NCBI GenBank assembly: GCA_002633005.1
Contig: NMRA01000091.1
Coordinates: 140,275-204,274, forward strand
DNA length: 64,000 nucleotides
Origin: Phoronis australis
Taxonomy: Eukaryota > Animalia > Phoronida
Direction of reading: 5' to 3'
Made by a program: the position numbers and the translations under genes. Under the pieces are notes generated by a model. The model ran no database searches. It had not been told where the DNA came from and saw only the letters and a list, made by a program, of their open reading frames with translations. Shown here one piece after another: positions 38,317 through 48,100 of this stretch. How positions within the stretch are numbered: position 1 is the stretch's first letter; each line of letters begins with the position of its first letter.

Positions 38317-40412
38317 GTGTGGTATCGTTGAAGAAAGCTTTATAGGAGGCAAATATAATTTAGAAAATTCAAATTGTAGTTAACTGCACATAATCGAACA
38401 TTGTCTTAGGAAGTCTCTTTTTAGTTTCTTTAACATGTTAAGGTGCAATAAACCAGGGCCTTCTGTCAAAAACATCTTTCGTTGATTTCGCGGCTACGTT
38501 TCTTTATGAAAGCGGTCTCACCTGGTTCTTTACTCAGACCAGAAATGATTTATACGTGTACATGTGAGCTTCACAACCATTGTCACATTCGATATTGCCT
38601 TAGATCACGTGCGTTGTTTTTCACAGCGGTCTAGTTTCAGACTAGCCGGAGCGTCAAGGGAATTCCAGGCGTTTTAGTGGCGTCAATTTATGTAAATTCA
38701 AACGAAGTACATGAACGCCATTAGATTGATTTGGAAGAGCGAACTTGTGTATAAAATTGTGAAGAAAACTGGTTTTGACGGCTAATATGGTTCATTGGTT
38801 ACAGTTTTTGAAACCAGCAATGTTTTATCTGCTTGTAATGCTTCAAAAATGGAAATTTAATTATGCACAACGGCAAGAAATGAATATAATTTGACGTAAA
38901 ATTCAGCGAAGGTGAATGGAAACATGACGTCACGATTTTCGATTCGGAGGAAATGTTTTGTTCACGGTCGCCATTGAATTGAGAACGTGATGTTATGACA
39001 TTTCATATGGTTTCATTTTTTCAATTTGTTTTCAAAAATGAAAAACATATTTTTCCTTTCCTTGAACTGGTTTCAGATGAAACTCGTATAGTAAAATTTG
39101 TTCACTTTTACGATGACCGAGTAGCACGCCTTGCATGTAAACAACAACCCCCTCGTGCAATATTGAATACCAATATGTTTACATTAAAGCAAATCAATGA
39201 AATACTAAATACAGTAAAGTACTAAGACAAATACGGACAGTTGTGCACGTTTTGTATTGATGTGCACGCAAATTGTCTTTAGAGCACATTCTTTACTTTT
39301 GCGTTAGGTCTCCAAGATGGCAAGTAGCACCATATGTTAATAAAAAACAACGAGGGATTTAAACCGCTTGACATGTTCCGACGTTTATTAAACAGTGGCC
39401 ACCTTGTAATGATACCCAGTCACAGTCAATTACAGGTGAGCAACAATAGACTTGACTAACAATGACAACCTGTGGTGTGCCAACAAAAGATGGCCTGAGA
39501 ATTGACCCTACCTAAACGTCGTGCCAAATAGACTTTTTGAAATGATACTGTTACGTCACTTACTTTCTGTAACACACTGTTTCCACAGTTTACACTAGTG
39601 TCACCTGTTGGTAATTTGGAGGCTAGTAATTCGTTAGCGTTACCACGAAGTCCAACCTTGCTCAGGGCATTAGTCTTGTTCTGAATGCAATCAAAGGACC
39701 TGGACACAACAGACAGGTATCGTCTACGTGTACGTAGCTCAAGTCGTTCATTGAGCTGTGAATCTGAAATCCTCCCTATGCCATGGTTTCTTACATTGTT
39801 TTTTCAGCCCGTCTATTGCGAAAACAAAAAAGAACGTGTCCCGAAGGCCCCGTATGGCATTGTGATGATATAAACAATTTTGGTAGATATTACATAGTGT
39901 CTTTTCAAATGCAATAAAAACTGCGAACTGAGTTGCACTCCTGTCCTAGCGCAACAATCTGCCTCAAAGTGAATGTATGTTCAGCTTAAGAATTTCTGTT
40001 GGTATAACACCAGTGTGCTCACGGCGCCGTTTGAGATTCTGTTCAGAATGATTCTGCTGAATCAGTTGTTGTTCTGTGATAATCGAGTTGCTTACGTTAC
40101 AATTCTTAGGTAAGCTAACGATGTCGAGGCCTTTCTTGAAGTCCTCGGGTATACGTTAACTTTTCCTCACCTGGACTCCGTTCTGTAGACGCAAGGTATT
40201 CCCGAGAAAAGTTGTATGATCACTTGGTTCGCTTGATACGTATGGAAATATCTCGCAAACTCTCGTGTGATATTGCGTTCTCACGAGTTTCTTGCGTCTA
40301 CGGAACGCAGCTTTGGTTAGCTCACTCAAGATAATAAGGTGCAAATAAAATAACAAAACTATCTAGAATACGTTTCCTGATCATTCCCGGGCAAACGTTC
40401 AGACCTCAGCTT

Positions 40413-40672
40413 CGAGGGGAAATTTGAAGCTACAAAAATATCCGAAGTGTTCCGAATGCAATGCAGCCTACGCCGAGGCATTTGTAACATCTCGAGTATT
40501 TTCGTACCCTCAAATTTTCCCTCGGAAGTGAACGTAACGTGCGCATGTGCGAACTCTCACATGACAATATGTTCACGTCCGAGGGAAAATTGAGGGTACG
40601 AAAATATCGGATGACGTGGAGGATGACCTCATAGAGCCTTCGGAACACCTTGGATATTTCCGTAGCCTCGAA
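40413..40672. repeat. Multi-arm palindromic repeat (four ~40-bp units in alternating orientation)
   Basis: Unit consensus near CGAGGGAAAATTGAGGCTACGAAAATATCCGAAGTGTTCCGAA at 40413-40456 (+), 40483-40524 (-), 40580-40611 (+), 40639-40672 (-). Related copies at 50795-50920 and 56184-56234. Confidence 0.75.
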
Positions 40673-41559
40673 GGGAGAGGCTAAAAAACACCCGGGGTGT
40701 CACGGAAGCTCATAGAGGTGCTGTCGTTGCCGAACGGCATCAACATGGAATTAAAAGTAATATGCAATCATACTGAGATCGAACACCATTATGTGCCTTT
40801 GTTAGCTGAGCCAGCCTTCGCTGTTAAGTTACTCTACTTTACAATGAATTGGACTATTCCTTGCTACCAACTAGCCAACTGCTACAGCCTACGTTTGGGA
40901 CACCCTATTTCTGACTATCGGCTCTTTTACAGTCAATTCCTGTCTGAGGGTGTTCGCATTATCTTCAAATATGTTAAAGCACTTTCGTTTTTTCTCAGTC
41001 TCTTAAGTCAGACCGTTAGACGATGTGTTGCTTTGTCGTTTCAAAGGATATCGGCGGATTGAGAGGGCCCTGAGGCCCGGGGCGTGCTTCCTACGGACAT
41101 GACAGAAATAAACGTCCCGGCATGCCTTTTTGATACATGTAACTCATGTGGACATTTTCTCGAAAGTTGTGACTGTCCCCTTACAACTTCTAGGTCCGTC
41201 AGTTATATACACGTTCCTTCACACTCGTCAGAAAACACGTCTGAGAAACTGAATGTGTGTTCCACACTATGTGAACACGTTTCCTTGAGCTCCAATCAGG
41301 TGATAAACGTGACCGTTGAAGTATAACTCCCGGACGAACTTAGCGCATATGTTAGTTTCGCTACCACTGAGCAATTAAAAGGTTTTAATGCGTTGAGACA
41401 CTGAAACAATATTGCGAAATACCCCTAGGAATCTGTTGCTATTTTACTGAAGTTGAGATGGATAGTGTTTTCCCGTGTCCTTGTTTGTAGCATTTTAGTT
41501 CCAGCATCATAATGAACATAAGTGAAGGCGTGAATGAGTATCACGGTGGGAAGGGTGTC

Positions 41560-41805
41560 TGACAATAGGCAGAGGTACTTCGTAAACCATTAGAGCATAG
41601 ATACATAGATTAATTCTTATTAGCACAATCAAGCAAAAACGCTGTACCTTGACAGTTTCGGCTACTCACAGCAACCATCTTCGGAAGCTATTGGACACTA
41701 GGTGGCGTGGTGAGGACACTGTTCCAAATGTTAGATGATTTATACANTCTCTGTTCGTACCTGAGCCACTTTTGTTACTCAAATAGACTCTATAATCCGT
41801 CTAGA
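41560..41805 (-). mobile_element. Penelope-like retroelement 3' relic (GIY-YIG endonuclease C-terminus plus pLTR)
   Basis: The minus strand translates, with frameshifts, to SRRIIESI*VTK..NR(D/E)..YKSSNIWNSVLTTPPSVQ*. This matches the Penelope/Poseidon C-terminal pattern RxIKEAIWIRK..NRDEGxYxLSxxWxxVL and is followed at once by a hammerhead-like motif. Confidence 0.7.
41648..41687 (-). ncRNA. Degenerate minimal type I hammerhead ribozyme
   Basis: Minus strand: CTT-CCGAAGA-T-GGTTGCT GTG AGTAGCC-GAAA-CTGTC-AAG. Stem I CTT/AAG, 7-bp stem II (two GU pairs), GAAA box and GUC triplet are present. The core CUGANGA is mutated to CCGAAGA. Confidence 0.6.
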
Positions 41806-41818
41806 TCTCAAGTTATTT

Positions 41819-41918
41819 TCTGGGTGTCCCTTCAAGTTGAGTGTCCCTTCATGTTGGGTGCCCCTTCATGTTGGGTGCCTTTTCATGTTGGCCGGTGCCT
41901 CTTCATGTTGGGTGCCCC
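41819..41918 (+). repeat. 17-bp minisatellite, about 6 copies
   Basis: Unit TTCATGTTGGGTGCCCC with variants. Confidence 0.9.
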
Positions 41919-42053
41919 ATGTATGGCAGGTGCATGAGCTCGCTGTAGTTTCGTAAATGCAAAACTTGGTATATTGTAGTGTAGATGGTTATTCGTTAAT
42001 GTTAGACAGAAGTTCCCTGGCCATTTACAAAAACAGATAAGCGTAGGATGTTA

Positions 42054-42245
42054 TGTTGTACAAATGTAACACCATACAGCACAGTGTTGTACAAGTGTAA
42101 CACCATACAGCACAGTGTTGTACAAGTGTAACACCATACAGCATAGTGTTGTACAAGTGTAACACCATACAGCATAGTGTTGTACAAGTGTAACATCATA
42201 CAGCATAGTGTTGTACAAGTGTAACACCATACAGCATAGTGTTGT
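42054..42245 (+). repeat. 31-bp minisatellite, about 6 copies
   Basis: Unit TGTTGTACAAGTGTAACACCATACAGCATAG. The period of 31 is confirmed by ACCATACAG at 42071 and 42102. Confidence 0.97.
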
Positions 42246-42796
42246 CGTCCAGAAGAACGTAAAGCTTTGGCGGGTTACATCTTTCTTTTCTTAAAGTTTC
42301 AGAAACTGTGTTGTTGGAATCTCAAATAAGTTCGCGATTCCTGCCTCCAGGTTGAGAGTCTGCTTTATGTAACGACTGTGGAAGAATTTTGGGGCTGATT
42401 ACAAGTACTGAACATTGTTGTTATAGTATGAATACACAGCCTTGACGAAATGATGTCTGCACCTACCTTAATTATTGTGTTTAGTATCTAGAATATGTCG
42501 AACCGGATGATCACTGTCATTCTGTTTCGTCCCTCCATCGCTGTGTTTGTATTCCCATCCTAAGTTGTTAACTTAACCCCTCTGAAACTCCAACTCCTTT
42601 TGAAGACATGTTAATTTGGAGCATTTCCTCCACGGCGCTGCTTTCGTTTTTCAAATGCATTGTGGGACGCTTGTCGGCTAGAAAACATTCGGTGTCATTG
42701 CAGATCACTTGGTGACGTGTAAACAATGTGTAGGTAAACAACCCTTGTCACTTGCGTGCAACTTGCTTTTGGTGCGAATACGACACAGCAACCTGA

Positions 42797-43092
42797 CAGG
42801 GATATTCCTGGACTGCGCCTTTGCGCCGTTAGCGCATAAAAATAAAAATACGCAAGTATGGAGGAGCAGTGCGCCCCCCTTCCGCTTTCAAATGCAAGAT
42901 TCTAGTCAACTTACATCCATTCGGGTAAAACACGACTGTTCTTGTTTCGATTGCCCTTGAGGTTTCTATTTCATATGTTACCACATTGATTGCACTAAGT
43001 CTGCTGAGTTCAACATTTTGAAAAAGGGCACAATTTTTATCATCAGGTGCACCCAAAGGGCACAGGTTCAAACCTGGTCAGGAATATCCCTG
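42797..43092. mobile_element. hAT-like MITE
   Basis: Perfect 14-bp TIRs CAGGGATATTCCTG / CAGGAATATCCCTG. Flanks CAACCTGA and CAACCATT are consistent with a decayed 8-bp TSD. Confidence 0.75.
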
Positions 43093-43428
43093 CAACCATT
43101 ATAGAAAAATGAAAGTTTCAACGCCAGACACAAAACTGCCTTGGTAAGTCGTTTGAACGTAAGGTTCTCGAAGCGCAGGCCATCCAATCACGCCGAAGTC
43201 CAATCTCAACTCCTATTCACCTCTTTCACGAACGCGGGGCGCTGCTTACGTGTTGATCGAAAACGAGGCGCTTTGACAAACATGGCATCGTCCTGCAAGG
43301 TGTTGTGGTCAAAAGACTTATCAACGTTACCAAAAATCAAGTTGTCTGATGTTGAATCGATCTCCAAAAACATACCAATACTTACGGCAACTAGACTTTT
43401 ACCCTCCTCAGCCATTCCTTAGTAGTTT

Positions 43429-44378
43429 NNNNNNNNNNNNNNNNNNNNNNNNNNNNNNNNNNNNNNNNNNNNNNNNNNNNNNNNNNNNNNNNNNNNNNNN
43501 NNNNNNNNNNNNNNNNNNNNNNNNNNNNNNNNNNNNNNNNNNNNNNNNNNNNNNNNNNNNNNNNNNNNNNNNNNNNNNNNNNNNNNNNNNNNNNNNNNNN
43601 NNNNNNNNNNNNNNNNNNNNNNNNNNNNNNNNNNNNNNNNNNNNNNNNNNNNNNNNNNNNNNNNNNNNNNNNNNNNNNNNNNNNNNNNNNNNNNNNNNNN
43701 NNNNNNNNNNNNNNNNNNNNNNNNNNNNNNNNNNNNNNNNNNNNNNNNNNNNNNNNNNNNNNNNNNNNNNNNNNNNNNNNNNNNNNNNNNNNNNNNNNNN
43801 NNNNNNNNNNNNNNNNNNNNNNNNNNNNNNNNNNNNNNNNNNNNNNNNNNNNNNNNNNNNNNNNNNNNNNNNNNNNNNNNNNNNNNNNNNNNNNNNNNNN
43901 NNNNNNNNNNNNNNNNNNNNNNNNNNNNNNNNNNNNNNNNNNNNNNNNNNNNNNNNNNNNNNNNNNNNNNNNNNNNNNNNNNNNNNNNNNNNNNNNNNNN
44001 NNNNNNNNNNNNNNNNNNNNNNNNNNNNNNNNNNNNNNNNNNNNNNNNNNNNNNNNNNNNNNNNNNNNNNNNNNNNNNNNNNNNNNNNNNNNNNNNNNNN
44101 NNNNNNNNNNNNNNNNNNNNNNNNNNNNNNNNNNNNNNNNNNNNNNNNNNNNNNNNNNNNNNNNNNNNNNNNNNNNNNNNNNNNNNNNNNNNNNNNNNNN
44201 NNNNNNNNNNNNNNNNNNNNNNNNNNNNNNNNNNNNNNNNNNNNNNNNNNNNNNNNNNNNNNNNNNNNNNNNNNNNNNNNNNNNNNNNNNNNNNNNNNNN
44301 NNNNNNNNNNNNNNNNNNNNNNNNNNNNNNNNNNNNNNNNNNNNNNNNNNNNNNNNNNNNNNNNNNNNNNNNNNNNNN
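43429..44378. other. Assembly gap
   Basis: Run of N. Confidence 1.
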
Positions 44379-44933
44379 CGGTAAATACAGAAGTTAGTTT
44401 ACTCTAGGAACCTGGTTCCTAGGTTTACTCAAGGATGACTTAGTTTTAAGGACATTTATTTGAGTCAGATTTTATTTGTACATTTTTTACCCATATCGGC
44501 TAAAACCTGTAGGCCCATATCTACACTGAGCTTTGGGCCAAGGCTTGGGTAACCCGGCGATGGTATGCGATGACCATCCCTTTAGAAGACGCCTTTTTCG
44601 AAGAGTTTGAGCAACCAGGTGCCATACAAAAAGGCATAGCGAACCTTTTAAAGCACTGTGGCAAACAATAAAAAATAAGGACGATTGATACAATGATAAA
44701 TTACGATGTAAACTCTTCAAATATGACATAAGCAATGAATGTGTAAAGCAGCCGATACCCCGCCGTTCACGTCACTGACACATCAGCCAATCAGCGATCG
44801 CTTTCAGAATTCAGTGTTTTGACCATGAATTCGAATTGGCTTTAGTTTGGCACGCAAGTCAGGCAAATGTGAGTTTTATTTGTATGTTAGAACCGATTAA
44901 CTGCAACATTATTTTGACTACAGTCCCCTTTTA

Positions 44934-45186
44934 AGCTTGGCTATTGATATTATTATTCTGGCTAATAGGTGGCGTTTTAAACAGACGGCGCGGCATTGAG
45001 GTCAGGACACAATCCCACATGTGTTCAGCTCTTCATGAACTCATCGAGAGTCCCTCTTTGAATTAACGAGGTCGTTTAAGGTTCAATCTGTCGCACGTGT
45101 GGGATAGTGTCCTGATCGCAATGCCGCGCCGTCTGGTTAAAACGCCACCTATTAGCCAGAATAATAATAACATCAATAGTCAAGCT
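44934..45186. mobile_element. Foldback MITE with ~90-bp inverted arms
   Basis: AGCTTGGCTATTGATATTATTATTCTGGCTAATAGGTGGCGTTTTAAACAGACGGCGCGGCATTG..ATCCCACATGTG is nearly fully complementary to 45094-45186. Confidence 0.9.
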
Positions 45187-48100
45187 GAAGTCTGTGAGAG
45201 ACGGACGCAACGTCGTTAACTTTAGTGAGTTATATTTTCAGTGTTAAATTCAAATTTCATCTGAAATGAGTCTTCTGTTGTCACTATACTGTGATCTAAG
45301 TTTCTTGCCAAAACTTAGACTGAATCAGTCGCATACCTGTTAATTAATGGACCCTCCCTCCGTCCGTCCTTCCCTCGATCCCCACCCTCCCTCTCTCCCT
45401 CCCTCCACCTGCTTCACACTCCTCTTACAACCACACTTATGTACAACAACTTTATGTAATACAACTCTCTTTATTCCCTATGTTTCACAAATATGAGGGC
45501 TAATGTCATTTTTTCACAAAGACCAATAGACCTATTAATCTGACAGAATGATGGTGATTTGCATCCCCTTTGTTTGGAAGTGAATGGACTGGAAATAACG
45601 TCAGGTCAAACAATTTTGCTTGTGTAGATTTTGTCTTTGTACGCAAGCGGCGAAGTGAGAAGCGAATGTGAAAAAGCTATCAGCGCCATATTGGTCCGCT
45701 ATCACTTTGATAATAGATTGGGTTTTGACGCGTGTTCTCACGTTCCTGACAAGTTAGACCCGCGGGGCGTTCTCTACTGAGTTTAAGTCTGGTGAAAACA
45801 TTGTCCAATCCATTCCCTATGCATCTGTACCTTTCAGTGCATTTTCGTTGGCATTGGTGACTGTTTTCTTGATATTCATTGAGATTTAGTTATAGGTGAC
45901 AAACAGTGTTCTGGTTTCTAAGTCTCAAATTCGTTGATCCGTGGCCTGATTTGCAACTTTTTGTCAACTTGTTCTCGCACTACCCTTCGCATAACCGTTT
46001 GTTGCCATATTTTGCTAATATCGGTTAACTCCGAAAGTTTGTGCAAGTAATACGACGTTTTCCAACATCTAACAAACCAAGAGTAAACACACGCTATACA
46101 AAAGTCAGTGTTTTTATATCAAACTACACAAATATTTCAACGCGATGCCATCTTTGACTCACAGTTAAAATTTTGCAAAAAGCGCCCCCTGTTTTAGTTG
46201 CAAAGCTCAGTGAAGCGGAAATTAATGCATGTGCCTTTTATGTGAAATAGATCGATTCCCGTTGTCCATTTCCAATGTTTACCGACAATTCTGTGTTTTG
46301 AACAGTCATTCCCGATCAAGTGGTAACATTCATAATTTATGAGCCCATCGTAAATTTTGCCAGCATGCAGGCACGACATTTTGGCTGAGTGTGTCATTGA
46401 CTGGCTTAGTCGAATAGTAATGATTTGCATACGACTTTAGATCCAGGAGCACGCACAAACCACATTTGCAAGAGGTGTGATACAGCGGTAGCTTTCTATA
46501 ATTTGGTGCTGCGAATATTTGAAGGTAACACGAACAGAAAAGGTTTTTAGAATCCAGGTATGTTTCGTAGTCGCACTGAATGTAGGGCATTGCATATTCG
46601 AAAATTTTGACAACGCAGTCCAGTTGCCTAGCACCGATGGCGGTCCTAATCAACTCGCTATCCACAGTATACGGTGCCGCATGCTTAGTTGTGACTGGTC
46701 ATCTAAACAGTTTTTCATGTTAAAATTATTAAAATGCAAAATGTGTGCCTAAACAGCAACGTTTTTAATTCGAACCTTTAACAGGGTTTGAAAATTTTAT
46801 AAGAGTAAGCTTAAGTGCGATTTTTAGAGATTGATTCTAACACTGAGAAGTCACCAGACACATACATGTACGAAAACTTCATAAGTTTTGTCATCCTATC
46901 GTCAACTATTGTTCTTTGAAACGGTACCAAAATTGTAGGATTCATTTTTGAATATGGAAATGTTTGCAATACGTTTTTAGCAGTATAGTTTCCTATCTCG
47001 AACATTCACAGTTCTCAACCTTATTTTGATGTCTTGGAATTCGTTGGATAACATTACAAACAAGGGCAGAGTGTTTTAAGTAATGAAATTCCATCTGACG
47101 TTTTGACGTAGGTTCCAGCTTACATGGCGTACGTGTGTGAAGACAAACCAAATGAGGTTGTAGATCCGATTAGCAAATCGTATTAATCAGCACGAGAAGG
47201 TGTCGGCAGATAATTACTTATAGATATGTTAAAGCTTTTCGTCTATTCCAGCGGAACGTCTTCCCAGGGTTGTCTCGCGGAGCGAAGTTCTATCAAAACT
47301 TCACTTGGGTAAAAAAAAAAACATGTGAACGCCTTCGTTTCTGCATTCGTTGCCTTTATAAAGAGTATTCAAATTCTTTAAACCTGCTTTCATTACATGA
47401 TGTGGCATCAGTTACACTGCGTAAAGTAGTTGTTGGTATAGCAGACATTCAACCATAGAAGTCTATTGTTTAGACTCGAGACTAAGGGAGCTCCCTTGCA
47501 GCCTATGCTACCAGACGATCTTGTATTCAGTTCATATTTTACACCATAATGGACAATATTAAAATTTGCCAAGGAAGCTACTTTTATACAAGTTGAGGAT
47601 AAACGACTGCCTTGCAATTGCTATCATGGTACTCGAATGTCATGAATATTCATTAGTTACCGTGCCATATTTGAATGCAACTCATGTTGTTACTTCATCT
47701 CTCCGCTCTTTCAATGGCTCATTTATAAAAGTTTGATGACTAGCAATGCGTATTCCGCTGTTATTTGGATTTTTTTCGCTTGACATTTTACGAGAACTCG
47801 CTGGACAACTCCCACAGATTCACGTCATTTAGTTATGCATTCGGAGGCATGTTTCGCCCTCTCGGAGCCAATTTTTAATCAACTGCTTGACAGTAACCTA
47901 TCAATTAGACCCTGGTCACATTCAACTTCCAACGCCATGAATTAGACGTGTTGCCTGAGATAGATGTTTGTGTCAAACTTGTGTTGAATGTTAATAAATA
48001 AGTGCTGGAACTGATCGAGCGCAAATGAAATGGAATATCAATGCTATCCATATTCTAGCGTTTTTTGAATGACTGGATCCTTACTGTGATAGTTACTGCT

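Noticed and set aside
42054-42245. 31-bp repeats as a CRISPR array
   Set aside because: Units are contiguous with no unique spacers, there are no cas genes, and the context is eukaryotic.
43349-44407. 352-aa ORF, the longest in the track
   Set aside because: Artefact of the 950-N gap.
46330-46665. 111-aa Cys/Tyr-rich minus ORF
   Set aside because: Non-ATG start, no known motif, and no supporting splice signals.
47840-47880. Hammerhead half (stem-GAAA-CATG) on the minus strand
   Set aside because: The CUGANGA box is absent.
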